Of a DNA stretch of 63,054 nt, positions 1 through 8,801 are shown one piece after another. Under the pieces are notes generated by a model that was not told the DNA's origin, made no database searches, and was given only the letters and a program-made list of their open reading frames with translations. The position numbers and the translations under genes are program-made. The first letter of the stretch is position 1; each line of letters begins with the position of its first letter. The DNA is taken from the NCBI GenBank assembly GCA_944386655.1, contig CALXBX010000055.1:1-63054 (forward strand), written 5' to 3'. The DNA comes from an uncultured Clostridia bacterium. Its GTDB lineage: Bacteria > Bacillota > Clostridia > TANB77 > CAG-508.

Positions 1-148
1 TATTCATAATTTTTATATTCTATTATTTTAAAGTTTTTTGTTAGAGGATACTTATTTATTATTCTTATTTTTTGGTTTTGTATGCTAACGGTTTTTCATT
101 ATGACCATGCGCCAGCATTTAGTACTACTTTTAGCAATTGAAAAAATT

Positions 149-1288
149 TTATAATGTAATGTTATCTCTATTGGTTTGCTTTACTATATCTTGCAATATC
201 AAGCATTCTCCTGTTAGTTTAATTTTACAACCCTCATTTGTTGCAGCATTGTAAAAAATATTAAAATAATCATTTTCTTCGATTTCTGTTATTTCAGCTC
301 CTGAAATATTAGCATTTATTATTATAGTTCCATTTAAACTAGAACATCCATAGAACGTTCTGTTCATATTTATAACACTACTAGGTATAGTTGGCACTGT
401 TTCTAATTTACTACAGCCATAAAAAGTAGAAGACATATTAGTTACACCATCTGGTATTTCTATTGGTGCTAAAATTAAATTTGTGCAATCTGCAAAAGTG
501 GATGCCATAGTCGTTACATTAACAGGAATATTAGGTGCATTCTCTAAACTACTGCAACCATCAAATGTATTATTCATATTAGTAACGCTGTTTGGAATAT
601 TAAAATTTACATTTAATTTACTACAACCAAAAAAAGTACATACCATATTTATCAATTCATCTGGTAAGACAGAAATTGACTCTAAATTTGAGCATCCTCT
701 AAATGTAAATTTCATACTTTTTACTGTATTTGGTAATTTGTTTATCTCTATCAAGTCAGTACAATTAAAAAATAGCCAATCTAAATTTGTAACTGGTTTC
801 CATGTTTTTCCGCTGTCATCGCTTATATATTGTGGGATAACAATATTATCAAAATTTGTTCCATTATATCCTTTAGAAGCACTTGCAGATGATGATGTTG
901 CTAGTGATGCACTATCATTTAATCCATATCCATTAGTTACATCATCAAAATTATATTCCCACAAATCCATATTAACAGCTCTACCATCAGTTCCAACACC
1001 TATTGCAGTACTTGTTTTTTGGTCTGGATGTTTTTGTGCATTAGCCAATACTGTATCCCAATCTATCCCTGCATATTCATTTATTTGATCTTCATAACTA
1101 TTTAAAATATTTTGTTCTTCCTTTTGAGTCTGTTCTGTTTTATTCTTTGCTTCCTGTGCTCTTGTAAGTATTCCGTTGTTTCCTGTAAGTGTGGCAATTG
1201 TTATTCCTGCTAGTATTAGTAAAACAATCATAGTTACGACAAGCGCTATTAGAGTAATACCTGTTTGTTTTTTTACAATATTTTTCAT
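149..1288 (-). CDS. Surface protein: prepilin-like leader and hydrophobic N-terminus fused to BspA-type leucine-rich repeats (LRR_5-like)
   Basis: From ORF 149..1324. Start moved to ATG 1288 (MKNIVKKQTG/ITLIALVV...) because AGGAGG lies about 8 nt upstream. The MENIR extension matches the 5' UTR of the paralogs. The C-terminal half has repeated ~23-aa units (NMVCTFFGCSKLN, MNNTFDGCSSLE, MASTFADCTNL, MSSTFYGCSKLE, MNRTFYGCSSL) typical of BspA/TpLRR repeats. Confidence 0.8.
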   Translation of the reverse strand: MKNIVKKQTGITLIALVVTMIVLLILAGITIATLTGNNGILTRAQEAKNKTEQTQKEEQNILNSYEDQINEYAGIDWDTVLANAQKHPDQKTSTAIGVGTDGRAVNMDLWEYNFDDVTNGYGLNDSASLATSSSASASKGYNGTNFDNIVIPQYISDDSGKTWKPVTNLDWLFFNCTDLIEINKLPNTVKSMKFTFRGCSNLESISVLPDELINMVCTFFGCSKLNVNFNIPNSVTNMNNTFDGCSSLENAPNIPVNVTTMASTFADCTNLILAPIEIPDGVTNMSSTFYGCSKLETVPTIPSSVINMNRTFYGCSSLNGTIIINANISGAEITEIEENDYFNIFYNAATNEGCKIKLTGECLILQDIVKQTNRDNITL

Positions 1289-1465
1289 GTTCTCTTCTCC
1301 TCCTATTTTTCTTATGTTTTCCAAATTTCTCTTAACTTATTCACTTTTTCAATTTTTAATTTATGTTAATAAGTTATTATAATTATATTTTATATCTTAC
1401 CATACTTTTAAATATTGTACAGTGAGTATCATTCACGGTTGCGAGCCAATTTTCGTTTTTCCCAA

Positions 1466-1496
1466 ATGCACTTTAAAGACTGTCCCCAAAGTGCAT
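1466..1496. repeat. Diverged copy of the palindromic intergenic element family (ATGCACTTTAAAGACTGTCCCCAAAGTGCAT)
   Basis: 8-nt outer inverted arms (GCACTTTA/AAAGTGC-type) around a GACTGTCCCC core, the same architecture as the GAACTTTAAGGAACGTCCCTAAAGTTC copies. It lies just 3' of the minus-strand gene ending at 1519. The minus-sense RNA pairs fully if G-U pairs are allowed. Confidence 0.55.
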
Positions 1497-1518
1497 TCCT
1501 ACGTTTCACCTGAATGTA

Positions 1519-2109
1519 CTATTCATAATCTTCTATGGTTGCATTTAATTCTTCTTTTCCTACTACTTTAATTCCTTCTTCTAATCTTAATATATCTGTT
1601 TCTGGCAAATAGTTGGTAACAATTCCTGTCATCTCTTTTAATGTTTCTGTTCCGTCTTCTCCTACTTGATAAATAGCTATATATCCATCTTTTTCTCTTA
1701 TCATATAATGTTCTGGACATATACCTTGTTGCTCACAATACAGTGTGATTTCTTGATTTGTAAATTCTCCTATATCCCAATCTTTGTACTTTTCTGCTAC
1801 ATCTTCTCTTGTTTTATTTACTAATTCTTCTGGTACATCTATTGTTTCTGTTGTTGTATGTTTACAACTTGCATAATAAGTTTTAAAATAAATAACTGCA
1901 TTAGGAGAAATTTTATCTTCTCCTGTAGTGCTAGTCATAGCTAATTCATTTTCTACTAGTTCTCTATTTTCTTCTTCCTCTTGCACTTCTGCTCTTTGCT
2001 GATAAATTTCTTGCTGTGAGTTTTCTTCTAGAATAATTTGCACTGTAATTGTTAAAACAACGGCTAAAATGATGGTTCCTATTAGCCCTATAACAAACCA
2101 CTTTTTCAT
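1519..2109 (-). CDS. Membrane-anchored protein with BofC C-terminal-like domain (sporulation-associated)
   Basis: N-terminal TM (WFVIGLIGTIILAVVLTITV). The C-terminal segment EKDGYIAIYQVGEDGTETLKEMTGIVTNYLPETDILRLEEGIKVVGKEELNATIEDYE resembles the BofC_C pattern as I recall it. Confidence 0.45.
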   Translation of the reverse strand: MKKWFVIGLIGTIILAVVLTITVQIILEENSQQEIYQQRAEVQEEEENRELVENELAMTSTTGEDKISPNAVIYFKTYYASCKHTTTETIDVPEELVNKTREDVAEKYKDWDIGEFTNQEITLYCEQQGICPEHYMIREKDGYIAIYQVGEDGTETLKEMTGIVTNYLPETDILRLEEGIKVVGKEELNATIEDYE

Positions 2110-2228
2110 TTCATTCCCACCTTTTTCCTTAATAATATGTATTTTATATTTGTCTTGTAATTTAAAACTCTTAACTATTGCATTCTATTTTGTTATTAGT
2201 ATGGGATTTTTTTCTTATTTTTATACAA

Positions 2229-4652
2229 TTATTTTCCAATTTTGGTATTTATTTTTATTTTTCCTTCTTTGTTTACTTTTAGGCTAATTTCTCCGTTTTT
2301 ATCTGTTCTATAAATTTTGGCACCTATCTTTTCTAATCTTTCTAGAACACCTTCATTTGGATGCCCAAAGGTGTTAGTTTCTCCCACACCAATTAAAGCA
2401 ATTTTTGGTTTTACCATTGTTAAAAAAGACTGTATACTAGAGGATTTCGAGCCATGATGGGCTACTTTTAGTACAGTTGCTTTGCATAATTCTGTATTTT
2501 GATAACATTGCAGGATTTCTTTTTCTGCTATTTCTTCTATATCTCCTGTGCATAATAGGCTAAATTTCCCATAATGTAAGTTCGCTACAATAGCGTTATT
2601 ATTTACCGCATTTTCTGCTATCCATTCTGTTTTTGGCCACAAAATATCTAAGGTTACTCCTTTTTCTAATACAAGTCTATCTCCTTGTTTTATCCATAGG
2701 ATTGGTATATTTTTTTGTTTTACGAGCTTCATAAATTTTTGATAATTTTCAGAATCTACTTTTTGTTCTGCTACAATTACCTTTTTTACGGTTAGCTTTT
2801 CTAAAATAGTCAATAGACCTTGCACATGGTCTTCGTCAAAATGAGATGGCATCATATAATCGATTGTTGTAATTCCTTTATTTAATAAGTAAGGAAGTAG
2901 CGTTTGCTCTCCCACATCAAAACTTGTGCTTTTACTCCCTCCTCCATCTACTAGCAAAGTTTTCTTTTGTGGTGTTATCACTAGCATACTGTCCCCTTGC
3001 CCCACATCTATAAAAAAGATTTGTAATTCTCCTGGTAGTTTATATAAAAATGTTAGAAGAATAACCATGAGTAGAAAACTTACCAAAACGATCTTTCTCT
3101 TTTTCTGATACATTTCTTTTATTTGTGTTTTTCTTCTTTGGGATAATCTGCGATATCCTATCCATAAGAATAGTAGTAAATAATAGAAAAGTATTCCTAC
3201 TATAGGTGGTCTTATCACGCTGATATTAGAAAAAGGCAGGTCTGCACATACTTTTGCTACTAGCAGTAATAATTGTAACAGGCATTTTAATGGCACAGCC
3301 AGTAGTATTGCTAAAGGCATGCATAAATAGACACTTGCCAAGAATGCAATACCTATGAATATAATTCCTTCCATGAGCGGTGTCGCTAGTAAATTACCTA
3401 TCCAAAAGGTAAAAGATAAAGTATAAAATAAATACGCCATAATGGGAAGTAAAATTAAGTTGGCACTAATGGTAATCATAAAACTTTCCTTTAGGTAGTT
3501 TTTACACTTTTCTAATAGTTTATGATTTTTCTCCTTGTTTGGATTTTTCTTTTTCTGAAAAAGAGGAATAAATAGTAAGATTCCTATTGTTCCTCCATAA
3601 GACAAAATAAGGGAGGTATCCCATAAGCTATACGGATTTTCTAACAATATCCACCACAAACTAAAGCAAATACTACCTAGCCAATCTATTTTTTTATGAC
3701 ATAAATTCGCTACTATGGCGTACATTGCCATAACACACGCTCTTACTACTGATGCAGTTCTATCTGTTAATTCCATGAAAAAGAATAGAAATAAAATGGT
3801 TCCTATTTTCCCTATTTTTTTGTCTCCTTTTAGCTGCGTTACAGCAAAGGTAACTCCCATCAAAATATAAGCTACATGAGAACCTGAAACGGCTAGAAGA
3901 TGAGTTAAACTACTATTTTTAAAATTCTCTTCTATTTCTTCTTGTATCCCTTGCCTCTCTCCAATTAATATGCCTATAAATAGCTCCGCTTCCTCTTGTG
4001 GCAATACTTCTTTTACTTTATCCATAACAGACTGCTTTACTGTTATTACTAGCTTTTGCCACAAATTGTTGTTTTCGTTCTTTAAAAGAGTAACATTTTC
4101 TTCTTTGCCTGTAGCAATTGCATAAATTTGCTTTGTTTTTAGATAAAAACTATAATCAAACCCTCCCGTATTTCTAGCTTCTATTGGCATTTTTAATTCT
4201 ACTTTTACTTTTATTTTATTTCCATAAGCTAAATTCTTTTGTGCTTGTTTTCCCCTTTTTAGCTGTAAGAAAATTCTGGTATTCCTTTGCAAAGTTTGTC
4301 CATTTATGCTCTCTACTTGCATGGTATAATCCGTTCTATATTCCTTTTCTTTTGGCATACTTACAATGGTACCTATCACTTCTGCTTCTCCCATTACCTC
4401 TGTATATCTTTGGCTATAATCTCTTTCTTTTTCTTGTATGAGTAAAAAGGCTAGGATAAAACTTATTGCCATTAAGATAATTTTTTGATAGGAAATATGC
4501 CTTTGTACAACCCTAAGCACGCTATATTTTTTCTTTACCTTTTTTAATAATAGCATTCCTAATAAAGAGCATAGAAAAAAGACTATACTTAATTTTGGTA
4601 AGTATAGTCCCCCTATTAATCCTAATATCCAACCAAATAGAGCAATTTGCAT
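2229..4652 (-). CDS. comEC: DNA internalization-related competence protein ComEC/Rec2 (polytopic channel + metallo-beta-lactamase domain)
   Basis: 807 aa with many TM helices. Has an LLAVSGSHV competence-domain motif and a C-terminal MBL fold with HFDEDHVQG and AHHGSKSS motifs. Confidence 0.9.
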   Translation of the reverse strand: MQIALFGWILGLIGGLYLPKLSIVFFLCSLLGMLLLKKVKKKYSVLRVVQRHISYQKIILMAISFILAFLLIQEKERDYSQRYTEVMGEAEVIGTIVSMPKEKEYRTDYTMQVESINGQTLQRNTRIFLQLKRGKQAQKNLAYGNKIKVKVELKMPIEARNTGGFDYSFYLKTKQIYAIATGKEENVTLLKNENNNLWQKLVITVKQSVMDKVKEVLPQEEAELFIGILIGERQGIQEEIEENFKNSSLTHLLAVSGSHVAYILMGVTFAVTQLKGDKKIGKIGTILFLFFFMELTDRTASVVRACVMAMYAIVANLCHKKIDWLGSICFSLWWILLENPYSLWDTSLILSYGGTIGILLFIPLFQKKKNPNKEKNHKLLEKCKNYLKESFMITISANLILLPIMAYLFYTLSFTFWIGNLLATPLMEGIIFIGIAFLASVYLCMPLAILLAVPLKCLLQLLLLVAKVCADLPFSNISVIRPPIVGILFYYLLLFLWIGYRRLSQRRKTQIKEMYQKKRKIVLVSFLLMVILLTFLYKLPGELQIFFIDVGQGDSMLVITPQKKTLLVDGGGSKSTSFDVGEQTLLPYLLNKGITTIDYMMPSHFDEDHVQGLLTILEKLTVKKVIVAEQKVDSENYQKFMKLVKQKNIPILWIKQGDRLVLEKGVTLDILWPKTEWIAENAVNNNAIVANLHYGKFSLLCTGDIEEIAEKEILQCYQNTELCKATVLKVAHHGSKSSSIQSFLTMVKPKIALIGVGETNTFGHPNEGVLERLEKIGAKIYRTDKNGEISLKVNKEGKIKINTKIGK

Positions 4653-4718
4653 TTTCTTTACACTTCTTTCTAAAAGGAAAATATTTTCCTTTTCTGCATT
4701 GCCCCATTTTTTCTTTTT

Positions 4719-6065
4719 TTAAATAACTCTTCTTGCTGTTTCATACCTTGTAGCATAACTACCAGATAACAAAGTAGAGATTTTTACACAATATCCTGTT
4801 CCAGAAGAAGCATGAATAAAGTTGCCATCTCCTATATAAATACCACAGTGACCTATTCCGTCCATGGTCTCGTAATCTTTAAAAAATACTAAATCTCCTA
4901 ATTGTAAGTTTTCTTTTTCTACTGCTGTTCCTACCTTGGATTGTGCTCTAGCAGAATGGCTAAGTGTTACTCCAAATTTTTGATATACATACATGGTAAA
5001 TCCGGAACAATCGAATGTATTTGGTCCAGAACCTCCATAAACATATTTGCATCCTAAATAGTTTTTCGCATAATCAACAATTTGCTGACCAGTACTTGTT
5101 TGCGCTACTGTCTGTTCTGCCTGTGTATTTTCTTCTGATGATGTACTTGTTTGTTCTTCTTCGTCTTGCGTTCTAGAGGTTTCTGTACCTCTAGATGTAG
5201 TTTCTGGTCTTGTAGTAGATACTAAACTTTTAGAAATATAGCCAGTTTGTCCATTTACTTCTACTTTATACCACTGGCTTGTTTCTGCAACTGCCTTTAC
5301 GGAACTTCCTCTAATAAGAGAGGTAACAATTTCATAGTTTGTTCCAGGTCCTGATCTTACATAAACAGATGAGCCTGTTACATACATAGTTGTTTCTTCT
5401 ATTGCTGTTTCTTGCTCGGTTGTAGCTGGAGTCTCTTCTGTAGTTGGTGTAGTTTCTTCTGGAGTAGTCGTTTGTGGTGTTTCAGTTTCTAAAGCATCCT
5501 GTCTTACCCATCCATTTAGATTTTCTGTCGCAATGTAACACCAATTTCCAGCCGTTGTAATTATTTCTACACTAGTTCCTTTCTTTTCTGTTCCTATTTT
5601 ACTAGCTTGTATTAATGGTAATATGCTAATTTGTGTGTCTTCTTTTAATACATTTTGTGTAGCTGTTTCTTCTGGCTGGGTAACTTCTGCACCAGTAGTT
5701 TCTGTTGTTGTATTTGTGGTAGTATTCTCTACTACATTTTGTGTTGGTGCTTGCGTTGTTTCATTTACTTGTGTATTCGTTTGTGTCTCTTCTTCCTCTT
5801 CTACTTTCATATATTGCTTGCTTACATAACCTGCTGTTCCCTCATGTACTACACTGTACCAGTCGCCCTCTTCTCCTGTTATTTCTAACTTTTCATTATA
5901 ATCTAGTAAGTCTAATATTTCTGAACTAGTAGAAGGGCCTTTTCTTAATTTCAATGTTTCTGTATTCACAATTCCTGTTGTAGCATAGCTACTAGCTGTA
6001 CATAAAAGTATAAAAATGCTTGCCATTCCTAATAGTAGCATAAATTTTTTTGCTTTCGATAACAT
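4719..6065 (-). CDS. Secreted cell-wall hydrolase: SH3b repeats + NlpC/P60 (C40) endopeptidase
   Basis: Signal peptide present. Three SH3b-like segments (e.g. LKLRKGPSTSSEILD, VYVRSGPGTNYEIV) are separated by T/E/P-rich linkers. The C-terminal domain has DCSGFTMYVY (Cys), GHCGIYIG (His) and FIHASS. Confidence 0.9.
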   Translation of the reverse strand: MLSKAKKFMLLLGMASIFILLCTASSYATTGIVNTETLKLRKGPSTSSEILDLLDYNEKLEITGEEGDWYSVVHEGTAGYVSKQYMKVEEEEETQTNTQVNETTQAPTQNVVENTTTNTTTETTGAEVTQPEETATQNVLKEDTQISILPLIQASKIGTEKKGTSVEIITTAGNWCYIATENLNGWVRQDALETETPQTTTPEETTPTTEETPATTEQETAIEETTMYVTGSSVYVRSGPGTNYEIVTSLIRGSSVKAVAETSQWYKVEVNGQTGYISKSLVSTTRPETTSRGTETSRTQDEEEQTSTSSEENTQAEQTVAQTSTGQQIVDYAKNYLGCKYVYGGSGPNTFDCSGFTMYVYQKFGVTLSHSARAQSKVGTAVEKENLQLGDLVFFKDYETMDGIGHCGIYIGDGNFIHASSGTGYCVKISTLLSGSYATRYETARRVI

Positions 6066-6162
6066 GTATCATCTGCTCCTTTTTTTCTTTCATTTCGGAC
6101 TTAAGTATATACTAAAAGAAGATAAAAAGTCAACCGTTTTGCTTTCTTTTTCAAGATAATGT

Positions 6163-6191
6163 TTGACATATCAAAAAAAATGTAGTACTAT
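6163..6191 (+). promoter_or_regulatory. Sigma-A-type promoter (TTGACA-17-TACTAT) with no downstream ORF, convergent on the small peptide gene
   Basis: TTGACA at 6163..6168, 17-nt spacer, TACTAT at 6186..6191. The next ~150 nt have no SD-preceded ORF and end at the 6317..6350 hairpin. Confidence 0.4.
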
Positions 6192-6197
6192 ATCTGT

Positions 6198-6350
6198 AGT
6201 GAATAACAAGTAACTTTCATTGCTATTGGTATTCACAATATATTAATATTTGGTCTATATTAATATATTGATTTTGTATTCATAGCTCTATTAAAGAGAT
6301 AATACAAGGAACAAAAAAAGAGTAGGAATCCACAACATTTCCTACTCTTT
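6198..6350 (+). ncRNA. Putative small antisense RNA (candidate type I antitoxin), inferred only
   Basis: Bounded by the 6163 promoter and the bidirectional hairpin at 6317..6350. Contains a perfect 14-nt AT-only inverted repeat (6236..6249 / 6257..6270). No coding potential seen. Confidence 0.25.
6317..6350. terminator. Bidirectional rho-independent terminator
   Basis: Arms AAAGAGTAGGAA and TTCCTACTCTTT form a 12-bp stem. A-run 6312..6319 upstream gives a U-run for the minus-strand transcript. T residues follow on the plus strand. Confidence 0.7.
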
Positions 6351-6368
6351 TACTATGTACTATTGTAC

Positions 6369-6452
6369 TTAGTGTTGGTCTTTATGATTATTTCCATATA
6401 CTAATACTATTACTAATATTACTAAGAAAACAATCAAATCATTTGTATTCAT
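6369..6452 (-). CDS. 27-aa hydrophobic peptide MNTNDLIVFLVILVIVLVYGNNHKDQH (candidate type I toxin / small membrane peptide)
   Basis: Not in the ORF track because it is under 60 aa. ATG at 6452 is preceded by AAAGGAG 6 nt upstream. One TM-length hydrophobic core with a polar/charged tail. Own terminator at 6317..6350. Possible promoter TTGTTA-17-TATATT upstream. Confidence 0.5.
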   Translation of the reverse strand: MNTNDLIVFLVILVIVLVYGNNHKDQH

Positions 6453-6604
6453 ATCTGCTCCTTTCTGGAGGTAATAAAAAGGAACATTACTAATATATCA
6501 TATTGTATGTGATTTAACAATACTAATGTACAATCAGTTATTTTTCGACATCATTCGACTGACTTAAATGGACACCTGACCATTCGGTAGTTACCTAAAA
6601 TCTC

Positions 6605-6633
6605 TTGACATTTTTTGCCTCAAAGCATATACT
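6605..6633 (+). promoter_or_regulatory. Sigma-A promoter of the oxidoreductase operon (TTGACA-17-TATACT)
   Basis: TTGACA 6605..6610, 17-nt spacer, TATACT 6628..6633, about 60 nt upstream of the first por gene. Confidence 0.65.
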
Positions 6634-6693
6634 TAAGACTAGCAATATGTTTCGAAAAGAGTATGAAAGTACAAAGAGAAAGGAATGAATGTG

Positions 6694-7278
6694 ATGGATA
6701 ACATTATTGAAATTAGATGGCATGGTAGAGGCGGACAAGGTGCAAAAACTGCTTCTCTACTTCTTGCTGATGCAGCTTTTAATACTGGCAAATATATTCA
6801 AGGTTTTCCGGAATATGGTCCAGAGAGAATGGGTGCTCCTATTACTGCATACAACCGTATTAGTAGCTCTCCTATTCGTATTCATAGTAATATTTATGAA
6901 CCAGATTATGTAGTTGTTGTAGATGATTCTTTATTAGAGTCAGTTCCTGTAACAGATGGTTTGAAAGAAACTGGTGCCATTGTTATTAACACTACAAAAG
7001 ATGCTACTTATTTAAAATCTGTTTTACATGGTTATAAAGGAAAAGTGTATACAGTAGATGCTAAAAAAATATCAGAAGAAGCACTTGGCAAGTATTTCCC
7101 AAATACTCCAATGCTTGCAGCTATTGTTAAAGTCTCTGGCATTATGACAGAGGAAGAATTTATAAATGATATGCAAGGTTCTTTTAAGCACAAATTTGCA
7201 AAAAAACCTGAAGTGATTGAAGGTAATATGAAGGCTTTAGAAATGGCTTTAAAAGATGTTCATGAAGTAGAAATGTAA
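6694..7278 (+). CDS. porC: 2-oxoacid (pyruvate/ketoisovalerate-type):ferredoxin oxidoreductase, gamma subunit
   Basis: IEIRWHGRGGQGAKTA motif. Subunit size matches PorG/PorC. Start set to ATG 6694 (SD GAAAGGA 9 nt upstream); ATG 6685 is an alternative. Por versus Vor cannot be resolved by eye. Confidence 0.85.
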   Translation: MDNIIEIRWHGRGGQGAKTASLLLADAAFNTGKYIQGFPEYGPERMGAPITAYNRISSSPIRIHSNIYEPDYVVVVDDSLLESVPVTDGLKETGAIVINTTKDATYLKSVLHGYKGKVYTVDAKKISEEALGKYFPNTPMLAAIVKVSGIMTEEEFINDMQGSFKHKFAKKPEVIEGNMKALEMALKDVHEVEM

Positions 7279-7293
7279 AGGAGGAAATAGAAA

Positions 7294-7590
7294 ATGGCTG
7301 ACGTAAAAATTAATAAAGATACTCCATGGCAGGAAATGACACCAGGTGGAGATATCTACGAAGCTGGTAATTCTGTTTGTTTTAAAACAGGTGACTGGAG
7401 AAGTGTAAAACCCGTTTTTATTCCTGAAAAATGTAAACAATGTGGTCTTTGTTTCCCAGTTTGCCCAGATAATGCCATTCCAGTAGGAAAAGATCAAAAA
7501 AGAACGGATTTTAATTATGATTATTGTAAAGGTTGTGGCGTTTGTGCAAAAACTTGCCCATTCGGTGCAATTGAAATGAAAGAAATTTAA
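7294..7590 (+). CDS. porD: 2-oxoacid:ferredoxin oxidoreductase, delta subunit (2x[4Fe-4S])
   Basis: 98 aa with two Cys clusters, CKQCGLCFPVCP and CKGCGVCAKTCP. AGGAGG SD present. Confidence 0.85.
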   Translation: MADVKINKDTPWQEMTPGGDIYEAGNSVCFKTGDWRSVKPVFIPEKCKQCGLCFPVCPDNAIPVGKDQKRTDFNYDYCKGCGVCAKTCPFGAIEMKEI

Positions 7591-7610
7591 AGATAGAAAG
7601 GATGAAAAAT

Positions 7611-8801
7611 ATGAGTATTAGAGAACGTTTAAGTGGTAATGAAGCATCTGCTATTGCTATGAAGCAAATTAACCCAGATGTTGTTGCTGCTTTCCCTATT
7701 ACACCTTCTACTGAAATTCCACAATATTTTTCTACTTTTGTTAGCAATGGAACAGTAGACACAGAGTTTGTGGCAGTAGAAAGTGAACATAGTGCTATGA
7801 GTGCTTGCATTGGTGCAGAAGCTGCTGGAGGAAGAGCCATGACAGCTACTTCTTCTAATGGTCTTGCTTTAATGTGGGAGATGGTATATATTGCTTCTTC
7901 CTTAAGACTTCCTATTGTTATGCCTCTAGTAAACCGTGCTATTTCTGGTCCACTAAATATTCACAATGACCATTCTGATGCTATGGGTATTCGTGATAGT
8001 GGATGGATTATGTTGTTTTCTGAGAACAACCAAGAGGCTTATGATAATTTAATTATGGCACATCGTATAGCAGAGCATAAAGATGTAATGCTTCCTTTAT
8101 GTGTTTGCCAAGATGGATTTATTACTTCTCATTCTATTGAAAATATTGAATTAATAGAGGATGACAAAGTAAAGAGTTTTGTAGGAGAATACAAACCAGA
8201 GCATTATCTTTTAAATGATAAAGAACCAATTGCTGTTGGTCCAATGGATGTGCAAGCTTATTTATTTGAACACAAATATCAACAAGCAAATGCTATGCGT
8301 GCTGCTAAAAAAGTAATCTTAGAAGTAGCAGAAGATTTTGAGAAAATGACTGGTAGAAAATATGGTTTCTTTGAAGAATATAGACTAGAGGATGCAGAAA
8401 TTGCTATTATTTGTATGAATTCTACTGCTGGAACAACTAAAGTAGTAGTAGATGCTTTAAGAGAGCAAGGCGTAAAAGCTGGTCTTTTAAAACTTCGTGT
8501 ATTTAGACCATTCCCTGCTGAAGAAATTGCAAAAGCTGTTTCTCATGTAAAAGCTCTTGCTGTTTTAGATAAAGCAGAAAGTCTAAATGCTTGTGGCGGA
8601 GCTTTATTTACAGATGTCACTTCTGGTTTATATACAAATGGTGTGCAAGTTCCTACTGTAAGTTATGTTTATGGTATTGGTGGTAGAGATACTACTACAA
8701 AAGAAATTGAAGGTGTATACCATGATTTACAAGAAATTGCATCTACTGGAAAAGTAGAAAATCCTTATCGTTATTTTGGATTAAAAGGAGGTGCTAACTA
8801 A
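7611..8801 (+). CDS. porA: 2-oxoacid:ferredoxin oxidoreductase, alpha subunit
   Basis: N-terminus LSGNEASAIAMKQINPDVVAAFPITPST is typical of the PorA/VorB family. Start moved to ATG 7611, since the SD is adjacent to the 7602 ATG. Stop overlaps the next start (TAATG). Confidence 0.85.
   Translation: MSIRERLSGNEASAIAMKQINPDVVAAFPITPSTEIPQYFSTFVSNGTVDTEFVAVESEHSAMSACIGAEAAGGRAMTATSSNGLALMWEMVYIASSLRLPIVMPLVNRAISGPLNIHNDHSDAMGIRDSGWIMLFSENNQEAYDNLIMAHRIAEHKDVMLPLCVCQDGFITSHSIENIELIEDDKVKSFVGEYKPEHYLLNDKEPIAVGPMDVQAYLFEHKYQQANAMRAAKKVILEVAEDFEKMTGRKYGFFEEYRLEDAEIAIICMNSTAGTTKVVVDALREQGVKAGLLKLRVFRPFPAEEIAKAVSHVKALAVLDKAESLNACGGALFTDVTSGLYTNGVQVPTVSYVYGIGGRDTTTKEIEGVYHDLQEIASTGKVENPYRYFGLKGGAN

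Noticed and set aside
483-1088. Long antisense ORFs opposite real genes: 483..1088, 7511..7840, 14147..14647, 17304..17714, 19028..19642, 34825..35205, 52634..53131, 55591..56049, and many 60-100-aa ones.
   Set aside because: Each lies fully inside a much longer opposite-strand ORF with clear family motifs. Their products are low-complexity and Phe/Leu/Ser/Ile-rich with no SD, which is typical shadow-frame behaviour in AT-rich coding DNA.
4522-4707. A 61-aa ORF overlapping the comEC start region, and the 9910..10122 and 10100..10336 track starts.
   Set aside because: 4522..4707 is in another frame over the comEC N-terminus with no SD. For 10100..10336 the upstream part overlaps the preceding ORF, and the SD supports the internal ATG at 10139.
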